Positions 11,007-20,390 of a stretch of 64,000 nt of DNA are shown piece by piece (position 1 is the stretch's first letter; every line of letters begins with the position of its first letter). The stretch is from an uncultured bacterium. Lineage in GTDB: Bacteria; Verrucomicrobiota; Verrucomicrobiia; Verrucomicrobiales; DEV007. Below the pieces are notes generated by a model. The model did not search any database. It saw nothing but the letters and a program-made list of their open reading frames with translations, and was not told where the DNA came from. The position numbers and the translations under genes were made by a program. The stretch covers positions 96,001 to 160,000 of the forward strand of contig CAXBMO010000001.1 of assembly GCA_963977015.1 (NCBI GenBank). Reading direction: 5' to 3'.

Positions 11007-11794
11007 CAGGCGTCGGCTCCTTTCCAGGCTCCATCGATCCATTCGAGCGGAGGAGTCAAGTCATAGTGGTTCCACCCTGCGCTCACGCCGCCATCCACAG
11101 GAATGATCGCTCCGGAAATGAATCGAGCATCGTCCGATGCGAGGAATTCGTAAACGGGAGCAATTTCCTCCGGAGTTGCGGCTCGTCCCAATGGCGTTCG
11201 GTCGGTCATGAATGCAGGTTCCGGATTGTCCGGAATCTGGGTGACTGCAGGTGTTAGGATGAGACCCGGGGCAACGGCGTTGACTCGGATTTGCCGTTTG
11301 CCCAATTCGATCGCTCCGATTCGGGTCAGGTGATCGACAGAGGCTTTTGAGGCGGCATAACTTGGGCAGTTGGGAACGCCGGTCGAGCCGACGAACGAAC
11401 TGGAGTTGATGACCGAACCGCCTGATTCGAGGAATCGCGCGGCGATCTGAATGCCAAAAAAAACGGCATGCGAATTCACCTGGAAAACCAGATCCAGCAG
11501 TTCGGGTGTCGTATCAGCCAGCGAGATTCCGTGCGGTTGAATCGCTGCGTTGCTGATCAGGCAATCAATGTGGCCAGCCCAATCCTGAACTGCCTCAAAG
11601 GCTTGCTCCAGTTCCGCTTTCTTGCTGACGTCCCCCTTGATCGTGAAGAACGCTTCCGTGTCGGGATCAGGAAACTTTTGGTCGAAAATGGCGACCCTGG
11701 CTCCGGCTGCGGAGAACCGTCTCGCGATTTCCAGTCCCAACCCTGAGGCTCCTCCAGTGATCAGAGCGACCTTGTTCTCAAGTCTCCCGCTCAT
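11006..11794 (-). CDS. Short-chain dehydrogenase/reductase
   Basis: TGGASGLG, NAAI, YAASK, RVNAVAPG, VDGG. Confidence 0.92.
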
Positions 11795-13146
11795 CGCTGG
11801 CTTGGTGCTGCGGGGCGGTCAAGTGTTGGATACGTTCCACGTGCGCGTGCTGCCAGGTAGCGTTGAATCAACCAGACCGACATTTCCAAATGACTAAGCC
11901 GGCCACGCTGGAATCCGTCGGAATGGAGGCTGCGTTGAACGGCGGAGAGAACCTCCATATCCTCCAAATGAAATCCGATGGCGTCTTGGGTGGCGCGCTG
12001 ATGCATCTTCTCATAGTCGGGATGCTCAACGGTGGATTTTGGAACCAACACGGTCGTCATCAGTCTGACCAAATTGGGTGAGACAGGTTCGATGCGGTAC
12101 CAGACGGCCTGGTCGGGAGTGACCAAAAATGTAAAAAGTGGGAAGCCGAGGTAGAGTCCCCATTCGTGGCGCTTTTCATCGTTCAAACCGGCGATGGGCG
12201 GAAATGCATCCCAAGTCTCACCTTTGGATTCCGCTTCGACGATCGCGTTGCGACTCTTCTCACCGTAGGGGAGGTGACAGCGGATGAAGTGGGCTTCCTC
12301 GCCCTCGTTCCACGTGCCCTTTGCCGGCATGATGGTCTGCAGGGTTTTCACATGGGTTCCCGCATGATGATAGGACTCCATGAAGTTTTCGGTCAGGACT
12401 TTCCAATTGCAGGGAACCTCCCAATGAGCTTCGAAGATCAGTTCCATTTCTCCAAGATTCCACGGTTGAATTTCGGCGTCGATCTTGGCGTATTGCTCTG
12501 CGACCGTGGTTTTGGAGTCGCCATCCAGATTGACGAAAACGAAGCCGTTCCAGACTTCGGCCCGGAATTCCTTCAACCCCCATTCGCAGCGTTGGAAGCC
12601 CTTGGCGTTTTGCATCTCGGGGCAGGCTTTGAGCTGGCCGTCCAGCTCGAACGTCCAAGAATGGTAGGGACAAAGAAACAGTCTGGTGTGGCCACGGTTT
12701 TCGCCACCCTGACGGAACTCCGCGGGTCCATGTCCGTCGTGACCGAATCCGGGAGGCATGATGTCCATTCCCCGATGAGGGCAAACCCGCGATAGCACGT
12801 GGATGTCATCGGACTTGTCCCGCACCACGAGCAACGGTTCGCCGAAGAGTTCCACGTTGATGAAGTCTCCCGCCTTGGGGATCTGTGAAACATGTGCCAG
12901 GCACATCCAGTCGGGACGGAAAAGGTTTTCAATCTCCCAACCGAAAAATTCTTCGCTCGTGAAAGCTTCCTTGGGCAACGTGGTTGCCTCTTCAAGCGGT
13001 AGGTCGGCAATGCGCTGAATTTCGGCGAGAATCTCGTCCAGAGTGAGATCTTTCGATCCGTATGGCCAGGAAGGGCTCTGCAGATCGTTGAGTTTGGCGT
13101 TAAAAGAGGATGCTTTGCGCACCTGTTGTTCATCGATAATTGGCAT
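11791..13146 (-). CDS. Rieske non-heme iron oxygenase alpha subunit (choline monooxygenase/CntA/GbcA-like group)
   Basis: Rieske ligands CPH...CPYH; mononuclear-iron motif NWKVLTENFMESYHHAGTH and C-terminal EDMEV. Confidence 0.9.
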   Translation of the reverse strand: MPIIDEQQVRKASSFNAKLNDLQSPSWPYGSKDLTLDEILAEIQRIADLPLEEATTLPKEAFTSEEFFGWEIENLFRPDWMCLAHVSQIPKAGDFINVELFGEPLLVVRDKSDDIHVLSRVCPHRGMDIMPPGFGHDGHGPAEFRQGGENRGHTRLFLCPYHSWTFELDGQLKACPEMQNAKGFQRCEWGLKEFRAEVWNGFVFVNLDGDSKTTVAEQYAKIDAEIQPWNLGEMELIFEAHWEVPCNWKVLTENFMESYHHAGTHVKTLQTIMPAKGTWNEGEEAHFIRCHLPYGEKSRNAIVEAESKGETWDAFPPIAGLNDEKRHEWGLYLGFPLFTFLVTPDQAVWYRIEPVSPNLVRLMTTVLVPKSTVEHPDYEKMHQRATQDAIGFHLEDMEVLSAVQRSLHSDGFQRGRLSHLEMSVWLIQRYLAARARGTYPTLDRPAAPSQR

Positions 13147-13178
13147 AGCGAAGATAGGATTACGTCAGAACATAGAGT

Positions 13179-13195
13179 AGCAATATATGTACCAA
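13179..13195 (-). promoter_or_regulatory. sigma54 promoter for the Rieske-SDR-FGE-CE4-TIM operon
   Basis: Minus strand TTGGTACATATATTGCT, GG-N10-GC, 32 bp upstream of ATG 13146. Confidence 0.75.
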
Positions 13196-13206
13196 TTGCA
13201 GTGGTA

Positions 13207-13223
13207 TTGGCACGCTGCCTGCT
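13207..13223 (+). promoter_or_regulatory. sigma54 promoter for the Zn-ADH gene
   Basis: TTGGCACGCTGCCTGCT, GG-N10-GC. Confidence 0.75.
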
Positions 13224-13236
13224 TCATACTGGCACG

Positions 13237-14253
13237 GTGATCATTCCAGCTTTCTCGACTTCCGCGCCGAACCTTCCTTTCGCCCTAACCGAAATTGAAC
13301 TGCCGGACGCTTTGGGGCCCGATCAGGTTGAAATCGCGGTCGAAAGTTGTGGGCTTTGCCACAGCGATCTCAGCATGAAGAATAACGACTGGGGCCTCAC
13401 CAGTTACCCTTTTGTTGGGGGACATGAAGTGGTGGGCCGGGTTGCGAAGAAAGGGGAGTTTGTCACCCATTTGGAGGTCGGGCAGCGTGTTGGTTTGGGG
13501 TGGTATTCCGGAGCCTGTTTAACGTGTCCAACCTGCATGGGTGGGGATCACAATCTCTGTCCGCAAGCGGAAGGGACGATCGTGGGACGACATGGTGGAT
13601 TTGCGAGTCGGGTTCGTGCCCAGGCGATCTGGTGCGCTCCGATCCCCGAGAAGCTGAACCCGAACGTTGTCGGCCCGCTCTTCTGCGGTGGAATCACGGT
13701 GTTTAATCCGATTGTTCAGAATCGAATCGTCGCTTCGGATCACGTCGGAGTCATCGGCATTGGAGGGTTGGGGCACCTGGCGCTCCAGTTTCTTTCTGCG
13801 TGGGGATGTGAAGTCACGGCTTTTTCCACGAACCCTTCCAAAGAGGAAGAAGCGCGAAGTATGGGGGCCGATCATTTCGTGAATTCGCGGGATTCAGCTT
13901 CGTTTAAGGCTCTGGAAGGCACCTTTGATATGATTCTGGTCACCGTGAATGTCGCGCTGGATTGGCCCGCCTACATGACGATGTTGAAGCGTAAGGGGAC
14001 ACTTCATGTCGTCGGCGCCGTTCCTCCGATCGAAACCTCGTCGGAGCCTCTCATCGAACACCAGAAATCTCTGACCGGCAGTCCGTTGGGAAGTCCGGCC
14101 CTCGTGCAGACCATGTTGAACTTCTGTGCCCGAAAAGAGATTGCTCCCATCACTCAGTCATTTCCATTGAGCGAGATCAATGCGGCATTCGCTGAGTTGG
14201 AGGCTGGAAATGCTCGCTATCGAATCGTCTTGGAAAACGATCTTCAGGATTGA
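13237..14253 (+). CDS. Zinc-dependent alcohol dehydrogenase/aldehyde reductase (Ahr/YjgB/CAD-like)
   Basis: CGLCHSD, GHEVVG, CxxCxxCx7C, GIGGLG; likely start GTG 13237. Confidence 0.9.
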   Translation: MIIPAFSTSAPNLPFALTEIELPDALGPDQVEIAVESCGLCHSDLSMKNNDWGLTSYPFVGGHEVVGRVAKKGEFVTHLEVGQRVGLGWYSGACLTCPTCMGGDHNLCPQAEGTIVGRHGGFASRVRAQAIWCAPIPEKLNPNVVGPLFCGGITVFNPIVQNRIVASDHVGVIGIGGLGHLALQFLSAWGCEVTAFSTNPSKEEEARSMGADHFVNSRDSASFKALEGTFDMILVTVNVALDWPAYMTMLKRKGTLHVVGAVPPIETSSEPLIEHQKSLTGSPLGSPALVQTMLNFCARKEIAPITQSFPLSEINAAFAELEAGNARYRIVLENDLQD

Positions 14254-14885
14254 ACGTTGTCCCAGACTGATCCCGCCCGAGGAGTGTCGATGCGATAGTC
14301 CGTGTAGAAACGTTCAAACATCGTCGCCCCCAACGTTCGAGCCTCCTCAATGGCGCCCGAAGGATCAGCGTCGACATCTCCGCGCTTGTTTCCGATTCCC
14401 TGAACGACCCCGACAAACTCCGAGTACGTGTAGCGGGAGAACTCTTGAATCGAGTGAACGATCCCCATCGTGGCGGCGGGGTAGGATTCTTCCGAGCTGA
14501 TCACCAATCCCAGCTTCTTTCCGCACATCGCCTTCGCGTATTCATCGCTCTTGGGGTGTGATGCTGCATAGTAGCAGAATGAGCGATCGAAAAACGTCTT
14601 CAATTGGCCGCTCATGCCATACCAATAAAGCGGAGTGGCAAAGATAATACCGTCAGCCGGAAGATACTTGGTCAGGAACAGTTCGCGGTAATCGTCATCG
14701 ATTGAGCATTCGCCGTTCTCATTTCGGCACTGACGGCAATCCTTTAGAAAATGGCGAAGATAGTCGTCAATGTAGATTAATTCGGCATCGTGGCCCGAAG
14801 ATTGGGCACCTTCCAGTGCGGCATGGGCAAGGCGAAAGGAATTTCCGTCTCGTCTTGGACTTGAACTCAGGATCAAAACCTTCAT
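14244..14885 (-). CDS. Flavodoxin-like NAD(P)H:FMN reductase / iron-sulfur flavoprotein-like protein
   Basis: SSPRRDGNS FMN-phosphate loop, DCRQC-x7-C, FATPLYWYGMSGQLKTFFDR; ATG 14885 overlaps the upstream stop (ATGA). Confidence 0.8.
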   Translation of the reverse strand: MKVLILSSSPRRDGNSFRLAHAALEGAQSSGHDAELIYIDDYLRHFLKDCRQCRNENGECSIDDDYRELFLTKYLPADGIIFATPLYWYGMSGQLKTFFDRSFCYYAASHPKSDEYAKAMCGKKLGLVISSEESYPAATMGIVHSIQEFSRYTYSEFVGVVQGIGNKRGDVDADPSGAIEEARTLGATMFERFYTDYRIDTPRAGSVWDNVQS

Positions 14886-15436
14886 GGGCGACTCCATGCC
14901 AGATTTTGGACTTGAGGATCGAGAGGTGTCTCCGCAATCCCGTTGGTATAGTTGCTGATCAGTTTCACGGCCAGACCGAGAATGACTTCCATCGCCTGGG
15001 TGTCGCTGTATCCCGCTTCCCAGAAGGCGTCTCGTTCCTCCATCGGAGGGTGGCCGCGATGTTCAATGAGCGAAGCGGTGAAACGCCGGAGCGCTTCCAG
15101 TTTGGGATCGGACAGTGGTGTTCCCTGCCGCAACGCTTCGACGTCCTCCGGTTTCATACCCGCGTTCTTGCTGAGCAAGGTATGCCAGGGGACGCAATAC
15201 GTACAGTTGTTCAGGAAATTCGCGGTTTGATAGACGACTTGTTGCTCGATCGGTGTGAGCGTTGTTTTCGCAAACAAATCCCAAAGTTGGACGTAGCCTT
15301 CCAAGGCTGGTGGAGCAGAGGCAAGCGTCCTTTCCAGGTTCGGAATCATCCCGAAGTCGCCTTGGACCTGGTTTAACAGATCCCGGGACGCTTCCGGAGC
15401 CGTCTCGAACTGGTGCTGAGGGAATTTGTCAGTCAT
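14882..15436 (-). CDS. Carboxymuconolactone decarboxylase/AhpD-family protein
   Basis: FGMIPN, NNCTYCVPWH (CxxC), SNYTN. Confidence 0.85.
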   Translation of the reverse strand: MTDKFPQHQFETAPEASRDLLNQVQGDFGMIPNLERTLASAPPALEGYVQLWDLFAKTTLTPIEQQVVYQTANFLNNCTYCVPWHTLLSKNAGMKPEDVEALRQGTPLSDPKLEALRRFTASLIEHRGHPPMEERDAFWEAGYSDTQAMEVILGLAVKLISNYTNGIAETPLDPQVQNLAWSRP

Positions 15437-15442
15437 TGATGG

Positions 15443-16864
15443 CTAAACAAAGGTCAAGCGGTCCTCGCGTTGCTGATCGTAGATCGTGTAGAACTGCTTC
15501 TCCCATTCCATCATCTTCTGTTCCACGTAGATATCCTTCATCTCGCCAAAGACGCCATCGACGAATGGATCGGAATCGAAGGCTTCAATGGCGTGAAGCA
15601 AGGTCCCGGGAAGAAATTCGATTCCAGCCTTCCGGATTTCCTTCTTTGAGCGGAGGTAGAGATTGTCGTTGAGTGGCTCTCCCGGATCCATCTCCTGCTC
15701 AATACCATCGAGCCCGGCAGCCAGTTGGAGCGCCGCGGCAAGGTATGGGTTGACGCTCATGTCGGGAGCGCGGTTCTCGATGCAGTAACGGTTTGGGGGC
15801 AAGCGCAGCATCGCGGATCGATTGTTCGCCCCATAGGTAACCAAAACAGGAGCCCAACTGACATCCGGCATGTCGCCTTGAGCGAGGAACCCCTGATAGC
15901 TGTTGTAGGTTGGTGAGGTTACGGCCGTGATCGCAGCCGCATGTTTCAGAATTCCGGCGAGGAAATGATAGGCGAGCTTGGAAACCTGGATTCCATGGGC
16001 ATCAATGAATTTGTTGGAACCGGCTTCGGGGGCGAACTGGTTTTCGCCGGATTCGGTGTCTGCCAGGGACATGTTGAAATGACAGCCGGAACGGAAATCA
16101 TCCGCAAACGGTTTGGGCATGAAGCTCGCGACGCAGCCAATGGAGCTTGCAATCTGTTTGGCCATGAGCCGGAGAAAAACGAGGCGATCGGAAGTGGTGA
16201 GAGCATCTGCATAATTCGAGTCGAATTCGTACTGACTTTGACCGCCCTCTTGATCGAAGGAGAAAACTCCCCAATCCAACTGGTTCATGGCCTTTACCAT
16301 CGGGTCGAGAAAGTCCATGGAATTCTGCGCCTGGTAGATGTCGTATGCTGGGCATAGGCCTCCGTATTTTTGTGGGGCGAGGCTGGTGCGCTTTCCGGTT
16401 TCCGGATCCACCCGAAAGACGTAGAACTCAGGCTCAACTCCGAGATTGAAGGTGAACCCCATTGAGGCCGCTCGCTCAAGTTGGCGCTTCAGGATCTGAC
16501 GGGAATCGTTGGGATAGAGGGTTCCGTGGTGATAGAGATCGCTGAAAAAGTACGCAAAGCGTTCATCCCAAGGGCAGACGATTGCCGTATCAAGATCGGG
16601 GACGGCAGCACATTCATCTTCTTGAGGGCCTACCAGTCCCATTCCTTCCATCGCTCCGACGGTAAATAGTTCCGAACCGTTTGCCATTTTCTCCAACGCG
16701 GCGATGGGATTGACCTTGGCTTTTGGGACGCCATGAACATCCACATAAGTGGAGAGCAGGTATTCCACGCCTTTGGACTCTAGTTCGCTCTTGAGGCGGG
16801 CGATCTTTTCAGGATCGCACATCGTGGAATCGGGGACAGCAAAGACAGGAGTTGTGTCGGGCAT
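15443..16864 (-). CDS. Glutamine synthetase-like gamma-glutamyl ligase (GlnT/GmaS-like)
   Basis: GVEPEF, DQEGGQSQYE, FMPKP, SGCHFNMSL, NNRSAMLR, IENRAPD. Confidence 0.85.
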   Translation of the reverse strand: MPDTTPVFAVPDSTMCDPEKIARLKSELESKGVEYLLSTYVDVHGVPKAKVNPIAALEKMANGSELFTVGAMEGMGLVGPQEDECAAVPDLDTAIVCPWDERFAYFFSDLYHHGTLYPNDSRQILKRQLERAASMGFTFNLGVEPEFYVFRVDPETGKRTSLAPQKYGGLCPAYDIYQAQNSMDFLDPMVKAMNQLDWGVFSFDQEGGQSQYEFDSNYADALTTSDRLVFLRLMAKQIASSIGCVASFMPKPFADDFRSGCHFNMSLADTESGENQFAPEAGSNKFIDAHGIQVSKLAYHFLAGILKHAAAITAVTSPTYNSYQGFLAQGDMPDVSWAPVLVTYGANNRSAMLRLPPNRYCIENRAPDMSVNPYLAAALQLAAGLDGIEQEMDPGEPLNDNLYLRSKKEIRKAGIEFLPGTLLHAIEAFDSDPFVDGVFGEMKDIYVEQKMMEWEKQFYTIYDQQREDRLTFV

Positions 16865-16883
16865 GGTTTGGAGAGTAGATGGG

Positions 16884-17666
16884 TTAAATATTGATCGGAG
16901 AAAGGTTGTTCCAGAATTTGGAATCCAGGGGCGGCGTTTCGGTTTTGGCTTGGGTCACCAATTCAGCAAGTCGGTCTCCCATTTTTCGGAAAAGTCGTTC
17001 ACCGTCTTCGGCGTTGCCTTCACTCGGTTTCCCGGTGATTCCGTTCTTGCTGGTTTGGGCAACCGGATAGCTGAAAATGGTGTCCGTCGTCCGGTCGGGA
17101 TCATCTTCCACCATGTCCATCCTGACCGTTTCTGGCGCGAGATGGAGCATCAAATCGGTTTCAGACTTATTGGCATGCAAGTCTTCAGCATCCTTTGTAA
17201 ATTCGTCCCAGATTTCCGGTGACAGGGTAAACGTGTTCAACCCCGCGATTTGCAGTTTCCCCAGATGGCGCAAACGAAGCTTGTCGACCGCAACCCGCAG
17301 GGACGCGTCGTTCCCGAAATGGGAATTGACGATGAGCAGGCGATTCCAACCTGTTGCGACCGTCCAATCGACGATGTCGCCCAGCACCTGGATGAGCGTC
17401 TCGTGCCGAAGGGAAAACGTTCCCGGCCACTTGGTGGTATGACCGGTGGAGACGGTGAAGGAGATGGGAGGTAGGACCGGAATCTGGGTCGCCGCTGAAG
17501 CATAGGCGCAGATTCGAGAGGCAATGACCGTATCGGTATTGATTGGAAGATGGGGGCCATGCTGCTCGGTCGCGCCCAAGGGCAGGATGAGCATCGATAC
17601 ACCACTCGACTGAAGTTCCTCGATCGCTTTCCAAGAAAGCGACTCTAAATGAACGGTATCACCCAT
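16884..17666 (-). CDS. Creatininase-family amidohydrolase
   Basis: PLGATEQHGPHLPINTD, NSHFGN, LHANKSET, NGITG. Confidence 0.9.
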   Translation of the reverse strand: MGDTVHLESLSWKAIEELQSSGVSMLILPLGATEQHGPHLPINTDTVIASRICAYASAATQIPVLPPISFTVSTGHTTKWPGTFSLRHETLIQVLGDIVDWTVATGWNRLLIVNSHFGNDASLRVAVDKLRLRHLGKLQIAGLNTFTLSPEIWDEFTKDAEDLHANKSETDLMLHLAPETVRMDMVEDDPDRTTDTIFSYPVAQTSKNGITGKPSEGNAEDGERLFRKMGDRLAELVTQAKTETPPLDSKFWNNLSPINI

Positions 17667-17671
17667 CTTGA

Positions 17672-19099
17672 TCAGACCTTGGAGGTTTGCTTGGTCAGCA
17701 ACTCATCCATTGCTTCGTTGCGTTCGTTTGCTCCCTGCTTCAGCCAATTGGGAAGCCAAAGAAGCGAACGCATCATGAATCCGGTCTTCTTTTCCGCGAC
17801 CCATGGGAAGAGGACGGGGCGCATCTTGGAGAGAAATTGGTCCGAAACGAATCCGGTGATCCCGATGAGCAGGATCGTCGCGTAAACGATGTCGAAGTTA
17901 AACCGGCGACCGTGGGTGTCGATGATTTCGGTGAGGCCGCTTTTGACGCCCATCAGTTCGGCGATGACGAGCCAAGTCCAGGCCCAACCGAGGAGAATAC
18001 GGAGGTCGTTGTACAAGTTGTGAATCACCCCGGGGATCACCACCTTAAAAACAAGATCAAACTTTCGAGCGCCCAAGGTCTGCGCGGCGTCCAGGAGCCC
18101 AGTGTCAAGCTGGCGGGTCGTGTTCGCCGTCATCAGAATGGCTTGGCAAACGGTCCCGAGAAAGACGAGCGCAACTTTGGGGGCATCGTGGCTTCCCAGC
18201 AGGAAAACAAGAAGCGTTCCAAACGCGGGAGCTGGCATGTAGCGAAAGAAATCGACGAAGGGCTCGAAGAGCTTTGAGAAAAAGTCAAACGTGCCCGCGA
18301 GCAGGCCAATCGGCAGACCGATCAAGCATGCAAAGAGGAATCCCATGAAGACAATGCCGAGCGAGTCGGCGTATCGATTGCCAAGACCGGCATCGACGCG
18401 CTGGGACGTTCCAAACATCAGGTCTCGCCCGGCCAAGAGAACCTGGTGGGGCGCCGGGAGGTAGGAAGGTCTGCCAACAGCGCGTTCGCCATGCGGAATC
18501 AAATGCAGGAGCGGTTCCTTGGGAAAGGTGGATGAATCGTATTGATCGCCGCCTGCACTCATCATCTCCCAATTGATCTTGATGATTTCCAGATTCTCGG
18601 CGGAAAGCAGCTTGGTGGGGACTGTGCGACTTCCCGTGGCAAGGTCTCCCCAAATTGCGAAGAGGGCGTCGTTGTCCGTTCCCTGCTCCTCCGTCATCCA
18701 TTCCATCTCAACGGCAATGGGATGGAGCTTGCGGAGGATCTTTGAGTTCGATCGCGAACTAACGCTGATGCCTTCGGGGAGTTCGCCTTTTCCCGCGTGA
18801 TAGTCTTGAATTTGCGAGTTCGTCTCGCGAACCATTTCCTGGAAGGCGAGGTAGCGCTCTTTCTCCATCACGTGGCTAGGGCGATAGATTGTTGGATAGT
18901 CACCACTCTTTACGTCAGTGGTGATCTTCAATTTGTGACTGATATCCCACAGTCCGGGGGTGTAAGCGAAAAAGGACCAGAGAATAAGAGGGACCGCAAA
19001 CGATGCGACCATCAAGACGCTGACTCGAAAGTGGTTGAGGGAGCCCCGAACCTGAAACCAGGATTCGCTACCACTCTTGCCTGGACTCTTTTTCGACAT
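17672..19099 (-). CDS. ABC transporter permease (NitT/TauT family) with a long inserted loop
   Basis: YLPAPHQV, FFRYMPAPAF, EAA-like LLDAAQTLGA, GWAWTWLVIAE. Confidence 0.9.
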   Translation of the reverse strand: MSKKSPGKSGSESWFQVRGSLNHFRVSVLMVASFAVPLILWSFFAYTPGLWDISHKLKITTDVKSGDYPTIYRPSHVMEKERYLAFQEMVRETNSQIQDYHAGKGELPEGISVSSRSNSKILRKLHPIAVEMEWMTEEQGTDNDALFAIWGDLATGSRTVPTKLLSAENLEIIKINWEMMSAGGDQYDSSTFPKEPLLHLIPHGERAVGRPSYLPAPHQVLLAGRDLMFGTSQRVDAGLGNRYADSLGIVFMGFLFACLIGLPIGLLAGTFDFFSKLFEPFVDFFRYMPAPAFGTLLVFLLGSHDAPKVALVFLGTVCQAILMTANTTRQLDTGLLDAAQTLGARKFDLVFKVVIPGVIHNLYNDLRILLGWAWTWLVIAELMGVKSGLTEIIDTHGRRFNFDIVYATILLIGITGFVSDQFLSKMRPVLFPWVAEKKTGFMMRSLLWLPNWLKQGANERNEAMDELLTKQTSKV

Positions 19100-19125
19100 G
19101 GCGAGGAGGGGGTGGTTGTTGTGAA

Positions 19126-19167
19126 TTGGGACGCAACGCTGAACGTGTCGGACAGCGTTGCGCCCAA
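19126..19167. other. Intergenic stem-loop between binding-protein and permease genes
   Basis: CGCAACGCTG (19132-19141) pairs with CAGCGTTGCG (19153-19162), extended by TTGGG/CCCAA. Confidence 0.6.
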
Positions 19168-19195
19168 AACATCACACTAAAAAGGGAGGAAGTTA

Positions 19196-20197
19196 CTACT
19201 CAACGGACTTTGCATATTCTGCAGTGAGAGAAGGATCGATATAAGATTCGTAGTCCTTCGCTTCCGTGTAGACTTCGTACTTTACGTTGAAATCATCAGA
19301 GATTTTGCTGGATCCGTAGATGGACTTCAGACCTTCAGCACTCTCCCAAACTGGAAGAACTTCTTCCAATGTAAGAATGTAGGTTCCGGCCAGGAAAGGC
19401 TCGTATTCATCAGGTGTAACGCTAACGCGTCCTGCGAGGATCTCGAGAACCTCATCGATGTTGTCCTCGTCTTTCAGGAAATCGACGACTTTATACCACA
19501 CGGAAATGACCTTCATCCAATCATCGCGATTCTCCTTCAGTGATTCAGGAGTCACGAAAAGGCAGTCATAGATAAGGCCAGGGCAGTCTTTGGAGGTGTA
19601 GATGGCTTTGGAGCCAGGGACCTCGCGAAGTGCTGTTCCCGAGCTGGGCTGCCAAGCGCAAACCGCGTTGACCGCTCCGGTTTTGAGAACCTGAGGAGTC
19701 TGGTCTGTAGGAGTGTTGACGATCTCGATGCTCGACTCTTCCATATCGTTATCCTCAAGCGCTTGAAGGACGAGAAGGTGAGGGACGAAGCCTTCCTCCA
19801 GACCTACCTTCTTACCGGCAAGGTCTTTGACAGAGTCGATGCCTTTTTCTGCAATCAACATGTCGTTGCCGTTCGAGTAGTCATTAATCAAGATACATAC
19901 GGAAGGCTGGTCGGTGCCGATTACGAGAGCGTCACCATTTGTCATATGACATCCATCCAAGTTTCCTGCTGCGAATGCGTCGAGCGAACCGACATAGTCC
20001 ATCCACTTGAAGTCCACTTCGACTCCGGCTTCTTCAAACCATCCTTTCTTGATGGCGATTTCCCAAGGCGTCCAACCGGGCCAGTCACTGTAGGCAATGG
20101 TTAGAGGCTCAGCGTTGACACTATTAAGACCGACAGCTGCGATGAGGGGAAGCGCAAGACGTTGAAGCAAGCGGTTCACGGATAAGGGCAATTTCAT
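19196..20197 (-). CDS. ABC transporter substrate-binding protein (NMT1/SsuA-like)
   Basis: Signal peptide, YSDWPGW, DYSNGND, WQP. Confidence 0.9.
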   Translation of the reverse strand: MKLPLSVNRLLQRLALPLIAAVGLNSVNAEPLTIAYSDWPGWTPWEIAIKKGWFEEAGVEVDFKWMDYVGSLDAFAAGNLDGCHMTNGDALVIGTDQPSVCILINDYSNGNDMLIAEKGIDSVKDLAGKKVGLEEGFVPHLLVLQALEDNDMEESSIEIVNTPTDQTPQVLKTGAVNAVCAWQPSSGTALREVPGSKAIYTSKDCPGLIYDCLFVTPESLKENRDDWMKVISVWYKVVDFLKDEDNIDEVLEILAGRVSVTPDEYEPFLAGTYILTLEEVLPVWESAEGLKSIYGSSKISDDFNVKYEVYTEAKDYESYIDPSLTAEYAKSVE

Positions 20198-20283
20198 AGA
20201 GATAGTTAGTTAGTTGATTGCAATTTTAGTATTACCGTGAGAGTGTCGCCGTATGATTGCGGAAACGTCTCCGGATACTGAAG

Positions 20284-20300
20284 AGCATTAGTCATGCCAA
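20284..20300 (-). promoter_or_regulatory. sigma54 promoter for the SBP-permease-creatininase-GS-AhpD-flavoprotein operon
   Basis: Minus strand TTGGCATGACTAATGCT, GG-N10-GC. Confidence 0.8.
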
Positions 20301-20390
20301 TATCTCGATTCGCCCGATGGACCTTGCCCGATATCGCAAGATTCACCTAAATCCTGTCAATAATTAGACAGCGTAAGAGTGCGAAGAGGC

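Noticed and set aside
20198-20283. Guanidine riboswitch in the SBP leader (hairpin CGGAG-ACGT-TTCCG at 20260-20273)
   Set aside because: The loop is ACGT rather than ACGR, there is no second matching hairpin, and no guanidine-I 3' consensus is present
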